A stretch of 64,000 nt of DNA from Octopus sinensis (taxonomy: Eukaryota): contig NC_043009.1 of the NCBI RefSeq assembly GCF_006345805.1, positions 52,762,001 through 52,826,000 of the forward strand. Direction: 5' to 3'. Made by a program: the position numbers and the translations under genes. This document shows positions 53,600-64,000 of this stretch, piece after piece (position 1 is the stretch's first letter; every line of letters begins with the position of its first letter). The notes under the pieces were generated by a model. The model saw nothing but the letters and a program-made list of their open reading frames with translations. It had not been told where the DNA came from and did not search any database.

Positions 53600-54200
53600 T
53601 TAACTTATGAGTTGTGTTGCAGAACAGTATGATGCGTTGTTGTAGGGAGATGAGGTGTGACGTTGTGTTGTGGTATGTTATGCTGCTGTATATAGTGTTG
53701 TGTGGTGTTGCAAGCTGAGAGATGTTGGGAGCTGTATGGTGTTGGGAGCTGTAGCGTGTGGTGGGTCACTGCAAGTGTTGGGGCGTTGTGAGCAGTAGGG
53801 TGCTGCAAGTTGGGGATGTTGCGAGTGGTGGGGTGTTGCAAGTGGTGAGGTGTTGTGAGTTGTGGGTCTGAGTACTTGGGTCTTGCTAACTGGGAAATTG
53901 CAAGCCATGGCACGATGCAAGCCAAGGCATGTTGCAAGTCGTGGCATGTCACAAGCTGTGTCATGTCACGAGCCGTGGAGTGTCATGTCACGAGCCGTGG
54001 AGTGTCATGTCGCGAGCCATGACATGTCATGTCATGTCGCAAGCCATGGCATGTCATGTCACAAGTCGTGGCGTATCATGTCGTGAGTCGTGGCGTATCA
54101 TGTCGCAAGCAATGACGTATCATGAGCTGTGGCATGTCGCGAGCCATGGTGTGCTATGAGCTGTGGTGTGTTGTCAAAAAGAGACATGGTGTGATATAGT
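53600..54200. repeat. GT-rich degenerate tandem array including a ~22-bp CATGTCACGAGCCGTGG unit
   Basis: Visible periodicity at 53930-54170. Confidence 0.75.
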
Positions 54201-54529
54201 ATATTGTTGTAGTGTGATGCAGTAAGGTGCAGAGAAGTGCTGTTTGGCCCCAGGACAGCCCTGTTCTAGCAGACCTATGATCAAAGGTATTCTACTGCAA
54301 CCACTATGCCTCTAAGAGTATCTAGGACTATATTATCTATGTCCTTCTCATATTTAAGACAATGAGATATTCCATGAAGATTTAACTATTACTTATAGCA
54401 GATCAGGCAACCACAAGACCTCCACATCAAACTGTCATGATGTACTTCCTTATTGTAAAACATGTGAGTAGTAGGGGCAAGTTATTGTCCTGCATTGATC
54501 AAGAGGACAGTGCTAAGGAGTGAGCTTAC

Positions 54530-54674
54530 CTTGAGGTTAGGTACATGTACCACCTGCCCATACTGGTCTTTGGTGAGGACAGTGAGAATGGCAGGCCAGC
54601 TGCACTTCAACTCTTCCTTATTGTAGATCACCTCACACTGACGCGGGTCCACATAAGAGTCTGGTTGTAGCCAA
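54530..54674 (-). CDS. MYCBP2: MYCBP2 exon (WLQPDSYVDPRQCEVIYNKEELKCSWPAILTVLTKDQYGQVVHVPNLK), start of filamin-like region, phase 2/0
   Basis: cttccag acceptor, gtaagc donor, 145 nt. Confidence 0.93.
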
Positions 54675-55017
54675 CTGGAAGAACATAAAAGACAACAATA
54701 TTATCATCAAACAGGACAACATCATGGTGGGAGGGCAGAGATGTTGAGGTGAGAGGACAGAGGGGAGGCAAGAGTCATTGTGGGGGAAGAGGAGCAGTGG
54801 AAGAAAGAATGAGAGGAAGGAAAAGCAGGAGAGTGGAATGTGGATAGATGAGAAAGGATAAGAGTAGAACGAAGAGTAGAGAAAAGGCAAGGAGGAGGCA
54901 GAGAGAGAGGAGGAGGCAGAGAGAGAGAGGAGGAGGCTGAGAGAAAGAGAGGAGGAAGAAAAGAGAAGAGAGGAAAGGTGAGGGTAGGAAGAAGTGTGAG
55001 ACTCTAGTAAGACTTAC

Positions 55018-55190
55018 CGTGCCAAACGTCCACCACTGGTTCCAGGTTTGCAGGCAACAAAGTCCTTCAGGAACGACCTCTCGTTTGATTGCCAGCTGAA
55101 GGGAAGGTTACCCTCCAGGGCCTGCATTATTGTTGGAGGGTGGGAGAGTGCAAATCCTTTATCTAGGAGGGTTGAATGAGCATTGAATAC
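55018..55190 (-). CDS. MYCBP2: MYCBP2 exon (VFNAHSTLLDKGFALSHPP...GTSGGRLAR), phase 0/2
   Basis: tttcacag acceptor, gtaagt donor, 173 nt. Confidence 0.93.
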
Positions 55191-55631
55191 CTGTGAAAGA
55201 AACAAATAACAACATCATTATCATCACCAATAGGCGTGCACCATAGTAGAATTGTCTGCTGGGGAAAGTGAGAGTGAGTGAATACATGTCTATGATCATC
55301 ACTTGCCACCATTACTATCATTTTAAGTCTGCTTTCGATGCTGGCATGGTAGACACACACAGACAGATATATTGGAATGGTGGATTTCAAAGAAGACAAA
55401 TCTATAAAAAATGGTGTGTAAATATTGCAATGGAAAAATAAAATGTTACAAAGAAAAATAAAAATTCAACACACACACACATACATACATATATATATTA
55501 AACTATTAGTAGCTCATAAAAATATATACCATGTTTATTAAATAGCACTTATCTCTCAAAAGATGGAGTACTTGATGATGAAGAGTGTGGTTTTACATAT
55601 ATATAAGTGTGTGTGTGTGTGTGTGTGTGTG

Positions 55632-55948
55632 AAGGCATATGGCTCAGTGGTCAGGCCGTAAAGCTTACGACCGTGAGGTTGTGAGTTTGATTCCCGCACT
55701 GGGCAGTGAGTTGTTATTGCTCCAGTTAACTCCAGTTAACTCAGCGGTAGAAATGAGTTGCAATATCACTGGTGCCAAGCTGCATTGGCTTTTGCCTTTC
55801 CTTTGGATAACACTGGTGGTGTGGAGAGGGGAGGCTGGTATGCATGGATGACTGCTGGCCTTCCACAAACAATATTGCCCTGAGTTGTGCCTCGGAGGGT
55901 AACTTTCTAGCTGCAATCGCATGGTTGTTCATGACCGAAGGGGGTTTC
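55632..55948 (+). mobile_element. tRNA-headed SINE family 5 (also 48281-48605 on plus; partial 28680-28790 on minus)
   Basis: TGGCTCAGTGG head; shared tail GGAGGGTAACTTTCTAG..GACCGAAGGGGGT. Confidence 0.75.
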
Positions 55949-56323
55949 CTCCATATATATCATCACGATCATCATCATTTAACGTCCGCTTTCCATGGGT
56001 TGGACGATTTGACTGAGGACTGGCGAACCAGATGGCTGCACCAGGCTCCAATCTGATCTGGAAGAGTTTCTACAGCTGGATGCCCTTCCTAATGCCAACC
56101 ACTCCGAGAGTGTAGTGGGTGCTTTTACGTGCCACCAGCACGAGGGCCAGTCTGGTGGTACTGGCAACGGCCATGCTCAAATGGTGCTTTTTACATGCCA
56201 CCTGCACAGGAGTCAGTCAAGCGGCATTGGCAACGACCTCGCTCGAATGTTTTGTTCACGTGCTACCGGCACAAGTGCCAGTAAGGCAATGCAGGTAACG
56301 ATCACATGCAGGTAATATATTCA

Positions 56324-56364
<41 letters not shown>

Positions 56365-57094
56365 CCCAAGCAAAACATAGTTCTCCAACCACTCGAGGAG
56401 ACCAATAAATCTGAATAAGAACTGACGCAGACTGTAAAAATCAATCCAGCCTAATGCAAAGGTGGAAATTAGACATAAAATAATGATGATGATGAGGGCT
56501 TATTCAAATGGAATGCAAGAGAACTGTGACTCTGAAATTTTGCCAGCAAAGACCCAGCAGACGGTATGAATGCAATTGGAATGGCTTCGATCACAGCTAA
56601 CCTGAGACTAACTACTAAAGCATTAAAAACTCTAATATGGTACATGTATTTTTATTACAAAACATAATTTAAACACATCAATCATCATCATCGTTTAACA
56701 TCCGCCTTCCATGTTGGCATGGGTGGGACAATATGCTTTCTTATTGGAAGGCTGCGAGCTGGCAGAAACGTTAGCAAGCTGGGTGAAATGCTTAGCTGTA
56801 TTTCAACTGTCTTTACATTCTGAGTTCAAATTCCACTGAGATCAAGTTTGTTTTTCATCCTTTTGGGGAGGTTGATAAATTAAGTACCAGTTGCATACTG
56901 AGGTTGATCTAATTGAGTGATCCCACCTCCCCCAAAATTTTGGGCCTTGTGCCTAGAGTAGAAAAGAATATGCTTTCATATTAATTAATGCACTGATTAA
57001 TTAGCTTGCTGTCTTGGGTGTTACACAATTGAAAGGGTATTCATTTATAATGGTGTAAAATAGTTTTAAAAAATAAAAAGAAAAAAGTACTCAC

Positions 57095-57147
57095 CAACTG
57101 AGCCCCTTCTTCTACAGAGTCTAAATCTTCATCAATATCTTCAGCTC
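57095..57147 (-). CDS. MYCBP2: MYCBP2 small exon (GAEDIDEDLDSVEEGAQL), phase 1/0
   Basis: tgtttag acceptor, gtgagt donor, 53 nt; needed to reconcile the flanking phases. Confidence 0.9.
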
Positions 57148-57207
57148 CTAAACAAATACAAAAAAAATATGTGTTATATATGTGCCTATACGCAAATGCA
57201 CATGTAC

Positions 57208-57238
<31 letters not shown>

Positions 57239-57314
57239 CAGCATCTAAGTATGCATAAATCAGAAAAAAATGTGCACTCATATTTGTCAGTAGAGTGGGT
57301 ATATTTAAACAAAT

Positions 57315-57585
57315 TATACAGTATTATGTATCCATTATGGTCAATGTTACCAATCAGTTTCACACTGAAAGTTTAATGGAGTATTAGGTAACAAACCAGT
57401 TATGTAACTCTATGCTCCTCAGAGGTAGTAGTTATGGAATGAAATATGGCAACTGCTCCATTCAATAACTGCCATCTCTGAAGAGCACAGGATTACATAA
57501 TCAGACTGTTACCTGACACTCCACTGAACCCCTAGTGCAAAACCAATCATTAAGATCAACCGTAATGGATATATGATACTGTATG
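57315..57585. mobile_element. Inverted pair of decayed hammerhead-bearing repeats, same family as 28379 (probable Penelope-like pseudo-LTR remnants)
   Basis: Minus copy: CTGAGGA 57422-57416, GAAAC, GTA, helix I broken. Plus copy: CTGAAGA 57478-57484, GAAA mutated to AAAA. Both align by eye to 28369-28495. Confidence 0.7.
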
Positions 57586-58569
57586 CTTCAATTAATATCT
57601 ATACACAGTCTGAAGGCTGACAGCCAATATTTGCAAAACAAGTCAATGCACACACACTTGTAAACTCAAAATATTCAAGTAATATATTTGAGCCAACTAA
57701 ACAACATAATTCTCAGCAACTCTTATTTAGCTCACATATAAATATAAAAATGAACATTTTCGCTATTTCAACAAGAAAGTATTCTGAGAGACATCTTTCA
57801 ATAATAAAATAAAACAAGAGCAACAGCGACAACAACAATAGAAAGGAATTTCTTTGGCTACATCACTCTGATATCATTTCAGATGCTAGCACAGAGGGGG
57901 ACATACTGGAAATCTGTATTGTCAAATTTTCGCCCTTTGCAATAAGCAAGCCAGTCAACATAAACAATTCAATCTGCAAATGAAGATGCTATTTTTGTGC
58001 TCACTCCTACTATGCTTGTTCTATTAAAAGAACTAAACTTACAAGTGCAAAAAAAAAATGCTGAACCATTTTCACAAACATATCCGTCAAAGTGAGTCAC
58101 AATAAATTAAAAAATATTTTTGTTGTTTTTGTAAAATCTCAGAAAATAATTAAAAATTCACATTTTTTATCAAATTATTTTGTTATATTTGTCTATCTAT
58201 CCAACTGTAAACATTTTAAATATTTCACTAACTTTTTGTTATAACTTGGTGAAAGGGTACATATATTACCAAAAATTGCCAAATTTGTTCCCACAGGACA
58301 CATAACAAGGACACATAAAAACCTGGAATAACTCTACTGAATCAAGTTAAAGAATTTGTCCTTTTCTTCATAAAATATAAAAAAAAAAACTACCAACTAA
58401 TATATCACATGATCTGAACTGAAACTAAAATTTTTACCATTGTCCTCATGTCAAATTTATCAAGCTCACGCAATGACCTGAGCATTTGAGTATTGAGTTC
58501 TTTAAGAAGAGAATATTGTGAACAGTTTTACAAGGAAAAGGAAGACAAAGAATTGAGTTGTGCTCTTAC

Positions 58570-58657
58570 CTGCAGGAAGTGTCAGGTCTTTTCTCATTAA
58601 GGCGGAGGCACACATACCACCAAGGAAAGATAATTCTCTCTCCAAGTGGAACACAGC
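58570..58657 (-). CDS. MYCBP2: MYCBP2 exon (AVFHLERELSFLGGMCASALMRKDLTLPA), phase 0/1
   Basis: gtttcag acceptor, gtaaga donor, 88 nt. Confidence 0.92.
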
Positions 58658-58835
58658 CTGAAACAATAAAGATATCTAAGTGAATCACCATGCATAACTG
58701 TGTGGTTAAGAAGTTTTGTTTTGCAACTAATGGGCTTTTGGGTTTCATATCACTGACAGGACACCTAAGGTAACGGTCTTCAACTACAGCCTCAGAGTGA
58801 ACAGTTATTTCTGAGTGGAACCTTGTAGATATATA

Positions 58836-58869
<34 letters not shown>

Positions 58870-59547
58870 TTGCTCATTAAGGCCGGGTTTCTGGTTTCCT
58901 TGGCATAAAGATTCCCCACCTGGATGGGACGCTGGTCCGTCACAGGTGAGCTGCAAGATGCAGGAAGAAAGAGTGAGAGAAAGTTGTGGCGAAAGAGACA
59001 GCAGAAGTTCGCTATTACCTTCTGCCTAAGCACTGAACTCATAACCTTAAGAGCTCAATCAAATACCATAATACAATTTTCATCCAACTCTAATGATTCT
59101 GCTAATTCACCAGCCTAATCATTACAACTACTACTACTAACAACAACAATTTCAAATTTTGGTGCAAGGTCAGTACTTTTAGGGGGAGTAGGTCAGTCGA
59201 TTATATCAACTGGTAGTAATTTTATCAACCCCAAAAGGATGAAAGACAAAGCTGACTTAGACAGAATTTGAACTCAGGAGATAAAGAACCAGAAGAAATT
59301 CTGCTAAGCACCTTGCCCATCACACTGACAGTTCTGCTAGATCGTCATCTTAGTGATCATAATAATTACAATCATTATAATCATCTGCAAAGGCCACACA
59401 TGTATGAAGGTGAGAAAAGTATAGTGAATTGAACTAATTTCTATTATATTACAGGTATTTAGACCATCGGTGTCTGAGGGATGAAACATCCTTTCCTGTA
59501 TAGCAACAACATCAACAATAGATAATACTACATCAGGATATACTTAC

Positions 59548-59666
59548 TTCTTCAGGTTTACTACTCCATTCATAGCCTGTTACCATACACTTGAAGCCAA
59601 AGAAGCAAGCCTTCTCATCTTTAACATAATCCGAGGCACTTTCCAGTGAAAAAGTTACTTCATTCC
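59548..59666 (-). CDS. MYCBP2: MYCBP2 exon ([40 protein letters not shown]), phase 1/0
   Basis: ttaacag acceptor, gtaagt donor, 119 nt; not in the ORF track. Confidence 0.93.
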
Positions 59667-59865
59667 CTGTTAAAAACGAAAGGTAGTTAAAAAGACATCA
59701 ACAATATCACCATCAGCACCAATATTAATAAGAACATCAATTCAACTTCAGTAATGAGTGTACAATATTTCTCCAGTTATTATATGAGCATAAACACTTT
59801 ACTCTTCATTAAACTGATAGGAAAACAGCAAATAATCAATCCATCACAACCACAATTTCATCAAC

Positions 59866-60230
59866 ATTCGAGCTTTGGTGTTGGAGAAGACTTTTGCAGA
59901 TTCCATGGATAGCGGAGGCTCACCAATGGAGAAGTTTTTAAGCAGATAAGGCTGAAAATGTCGCTAGAAGCCGGGATCACCAAGCGTAGATTGGCATATT
60001 TCGGTCATATTATGCGGAGAGAATCCCTGGAGAAGGACATCATGCTCGGAATGGTCAGTGGCAAGAGAAGAAGAGACCGACCAAGAACCCGCTGGCTTGA
60101 CACCATCAGGAGTGATACCGGAATGGACATGGCCAGTCTGAAGGAAGCGGCCCAGGATAGAACTGACTGAAGGACACTGATCCAACGAGTGATCGAAAAG
60201 TCGACTTCGACTGAGCGGATAGAGAGAGAG
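59866..60230 (+). mobile_element. 5'-truncated RTE-clade LINE 3' end
   Basis: FELWCWRRLLQIPW...RRLAYFGHIMRRESLEKDIMLGMVSGKRRRDRPRTRWLD; (GA)n tail. Confidence 0.85.
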
Positions 60231-60932
60231 AACTGTGACCTCTCTTTTATTCTCCTACCTCTACTACAACAGTTACTGCCCATCATTGTCATCTTCCACT
60301 GTAAGTAGCTCTCTCTCTCTCTCTCTCTCTCAACATCTCACTTCCACCAACATATCCTGTTTTAATGAGCCAGCATGGGAAAAATAATAGCCAGATTCCT
60401 CTGTCAAATGTAATGCTTATTCATTCACACTGTTTTGAATTAATCATGTATTATCTTGTAGTTTCAGTATTTCAATGATGGGATCATTTATTTTTAGAAA
60501 GACATTATAGGGTGGATGTAAGAGACCAGATTTGGTTGGTTTGAACATAGAACAGAATATTTGGGCTGAATGTGACTGGTTTAAATCATATTCTTCTGTC
60601 TTTAAAAAGGAAGGACACATTGAACAATGTCTTAGATATACAAAAAGACATAATGGTCACGGTTAGAATGCCTTTATTTTGAAATCTACTTGCAACAAAG
60701 GAGTCTAACTTGACCTGTTAGAAATAATATTTTAGACATATACCATGGAAAGGTCATGGCCAGAATGTCTTAGACACTAATTCTGCAAATGTGTGCATAT
60801 GCATGAGAGCAGTAGTAGTGTGTGTACGTGAATGGATGACAAATAAACTGGCCAAGTGAAAAGGTATATATGTGTGTATCTATGTATGTATAATACTGTG
60901 TGTGTGTGTGTGTGTGTAATATATAAACTGAC

Positions 60933-61167
60933 CAGGTAAAACGACAGCAGCTTTTGGCCAGTTGTTGCCATGGAATTTCTTCAGAACTGGCCATAACACC
61001 GATGTTGATTGTTGCTCTTCCTCCTCTTCTTGGCCGGTCAGTGGACAAAGACTGTTTTCTTTGACCCGACTTGGGATGTACAGTTGCAGAGTGTCCTCAG
61101 CCTGTGCGGTGCCACACTGTACATCAAATTCCAGCACCATCCATCGGACGGTGCTTGGGAAGCACAC
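60933..61167 (-). CDS. MYCBP2: MYCBP2 exon (VCFPSTVRWMVLEFDVQCGTAQAEDTLQLYIP...WPKAAVVLP), phase 0/1
   Basis: ttttcag acceptor, gtcagt donor, 235 nt. Confidence 0.93.
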
Positions 61168-62445
61168 CTGAAAAGAATTACACATGATGTTAACAATTCC
61201 AATTGATTTAATTAAACAGAGAAAACAATTAGCTGCTTGAATATTACCAGAGTGGACAATGTACTGAACTACAAAAACAAGAAATGTAAGTTCAAGGTCC
61301 TTGGCAGGTGGTTTTGCTGAACAGAACAATTTATTGCCTCAGATCATATGAAAACACACCAGACAACTGACACATGAGTAACACACCAACACAACCACAC
61401 TCCTGCAGAGTGGACAGTAATACACTGACACAAAGCTTAGTGGTTGGCATTAGGAAGGGCATCCAGCAGTAGAAACTCTGCCAGATCAGATTGGAGCCTG
61501 GTGCAGCCATCTGGCTCACTAGTCCCCAGTCAAATTGTCCAACCCATGCCAGCATGGAAAGCGGACGTTAAACGATGATGATGATGATGATGAAGGTGCC
61601 AATGAAGATTTAGTTTCCTATCCAGGGAGAGAGACTCATCCTACATCCACTTCATACTTGGAAACATTAAGTATGTATTGTCCCTCAAAAATCTAGGTCT
61701 ACTTACACGATACCTGTACTTGAACTTGTGTGTGAGTTTTGCAAGTCTCTAGGTAGTTTCCTTTGATGTTTTTTCAAATTTGCAGATGTTCCTTTTAGTT
61801 TACCCCACCCCACCCCACTAGTCCCCTTCACCAGTAACATTTGTTACCTCAACCCCGTCACTTTTACAAATCCATATGTATTTATCCTCCAAAATGTATG
61901 TGTGTGTGTGGTGACCTATTAGAAATAGCAGCTAAATTACTCTCAAGTCACCTCACTCTACCACCTTAAAAAAAAAAAAGATATATTGAATAATACAGTG
62001 TGGGGGTGAAGTCATGATTGGAATGCTTTGGTCATCGATCTGCTGCATGCAATCATCATCATCATTGTTCGACCGTGGTCGAGACTTTCATAGTCTTTTC
62101 AAATGGCTAATAATGTGTGCACGCGCCACTACTACACACATTGGAAAGCATTGTACAACCAAGTACTAAAGAAGATCTTTCCTCCTCCATGAAACAAAGC
62201 TGTTCCCGCTGGACGTCAACCCAGTATTTCTAAGCTACGGACCGAGTGATTTATTGTAAGGTTATCTCCCTAGATAGATTGCCTTCACTACGGCTAAGGA
62301 GCCCTTTCTACCCCATGCAAACTGGCACAGGGCTAAACAAAAACAATCTCTGCTTCATCATGGGTTTTGTTCAATCAGGGCTGACCCGAGATTCAGTAAA
62401 CAACAACAACAACAACAAAAATAGAGGTAAGTGGCATATGGTCAC

Positions 62446-62643
62446 CTTGTAATTTGCCACAGTAGCTGGTTTGTAAGGATGGTCACTTTCAATGAGACAA
62501 TAATGCTGATTGGTACCACAGGTGTCAGATTCTGATAACATTCCATCTTGATGGCCAGCGTAGGATGTGAGCACATTCTGGCTGTTTAAGGCTACGACTG
62601 CAGGTAACACATCATGGATCAGTCCTAATATCTGTACAGCACC
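62446..62643 (-). CDS. MYCBP2: MYCBP2 exon (GAVQILGLIHDVLPAVVAL...[15 protein letters not shown]), phase 0/0
   Basis: gacag acceptor, gtgacc donor, 198 nt open; ESDHPYKPA motif. Confidence 0.92.
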
Positions 62644-62819
62644 CTGTCAATGGAGAGAGAGAGAGAGATATATAGATAGGTAAATGGTAAAATGATGATA
62701 GTGGAGGGAGAGGGAATAAAAGGAGGAGGGAAGAAGTGACGGAGAACAACAGAGGAAGAGTGATAGGCAGAGTATGTGAGAGAGAGATAGAGAGACAGAG
62801 ATGGGGTGGGAGACAGTGA

Positions 62820-63290
62820 CAGGCAGAGTGTAACAGAGAGCAACATAGAGAGAGCAACAAAGAGAGAGAGGGCAACAAAGAGAGAGAGAGAGAGAGAGAG
62901 CAACAGAGAGAGAGAGGGAGAGAGCAACAGAGAGAGAGAGAAAGAGAAAGAGAGAGCAACAGAGAGAGAGAGAGAGAAAGCAATAGAGAGAAAGAGAGAG
63001 CAACAGAGAGAGAGCAACAGAGAGAGAGGGAGCAACAGAGAGAGAGAGAGCAACAGAGAGAGAGAGAGCAACAGAGAGAGAGAGAGCAACAGAGAGAGAG
63101 AGAGCAACAGAGAGAGGGAGAGAGCAACAGAGAGAGAGAGAAAGAGAAAGAGAGAGCAACAGAGAGAGAGAGAGAGAGAAAGCAATAGAGAGAAAGAGAG
63201 AGCAACAGAGAGAGAGAGAGAGAGAGCAACATGTGGAATGACAGACAGAGAGCAACAGAGAGTGAGAGACAGAGAGTGAAAGAGTGAGAG
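62820..63290. repeat. (GA)n-GCAACA compound purine-rich satellite
   Basis: Repeated GAGAGAGCAACA; produces the spurious ORFs at 62612-63673. Confidence 0.9.
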
Positions 63291-63451
63291 GAGAAGGAGA
63301 AAGAGACAAAGAAAGATAGCAATAGCAATAGAGAAAGAGAAACAGTTAAAGAAGGGAACTGGAAAAAGCAGTAGAGAAAGAAAACAAAAGATGAAGTGAT
63401 CAGTAGGTGGATTTGAAAGAGACAGAAATACTTGGAATGTATTGAGCTTAC

Positions 63452-63552
63452 CCTTGGGTCTTGCGTGGCAACAGGTCCAATGTAGGCCAATACCAAAGGT
63501 AACAATGATGAAAACATTGGAGATTCACCCAAAATTTCTTTCGCTTCTTCAG
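63452..63552 (-). CDS. MYCBP2: MYCBP2 exon (EEAKEILGESPMFSSLLPLVLAYIGPVATQDPR), phase 1 in / 0 out
   Basis: ttcttgtag acceptor, gtaagc donor, 101 nt; frame continues into the next exon. Confidence 0.88.
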
Positions 63553-64000
63553 CTACAAGAAAAACAAAAGACATACTGAATAGAGAAAGAGGAAGAACTA
63601 CAAATGGACAGTCCAAATTATACAATGAAGATGTATCTACAAATTCACATGACATGGTAAATATAGCAGCCAAATCTGACTCGAATCACACTCTGCCTTC
63701 TTAGAAAAGAACACCTCGGGCAATGAAGTAAAATATGTTCCACAAAAACTAGATTTTTCAAAATTTGTTTCATTTCAAGAGCCATTCCTAAAATCTTAAA
63801 ACTTGGCACACTCATTTATTCCATTTTTATGACTGTGTATAGACTTAATGATTGCCCAGAGATTGACACAGGCCTCCTCCACTATAAACTGTGCAAGTTT
63901 TGTGTTTCACTTCAAACTTTACAAGAGCAAACAACTGGTAGTATCCTTGACAGAACTGTATTCCTATACAATATTACTTATTTCTTTATTGCCCACAAGG

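Larger units (their letters stand above)
1..63552 (-). other. MYCBP2: Partial gene model: E3 ubiquitin ligase MYCBP2 (PHR family: PAM/Highwire/RPM-1), central portion; 5' and 3' ends outside the window
   Basis: Minus-strand GT-AG exons join in frame and encode motifs I recognise from MYCBP2: [98 protein letters not shown]. Confidence 0.95.

Noticed and set aside
62612-63673. 353-aa ORF and overlapping Leu/Ser-rich or Arg/Glu-rich ORFs
   Set aside because: Read-through of a (GA)n satellite; only 63452-63552 is a real exon

Overview
Eukaryotic, AT-rich, microsatellite- and SINE-dense DNA whose repeat style suggests an octopus/coleoid cephalopod (inference). The whole window lies inside one minus-strand gene, MYCBP2 (PAM/Highwire/RPM-1 E3 ligase). 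I could chain 19 GT-AG exons with matching intron phases from 63552 down to position 1; both gene ends lie outside the window. Almost all listed ORFs are microsatellite or SINE noise. The introns hold several tRNA-headed SINE families, a decayed DD37D-type Tc1/mariner, TTAA (piggyBac-type) and TA MITEs, a non-autonomous Helitron, and RTE and Penelope-like fragments. Most notable: (1) type I hammerhead-ribozyme folds with unusually long helix II, two apparently intact (38381-38489, 28379-28470), both antisense to the gene, while all sense-strand copies are broken; (2) a run of frame-neutral phase-1/phase-1 cassette-exon candidates in the low-complexity middle of MYCBP2, one starting with a recursive-splicing motif (cag|GTAAGA); (3) candidate poison exons; (4) a ~155-bp-arm intronic hairpin. 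All coordinates were read by hand, and repeat boundaries are approximate.
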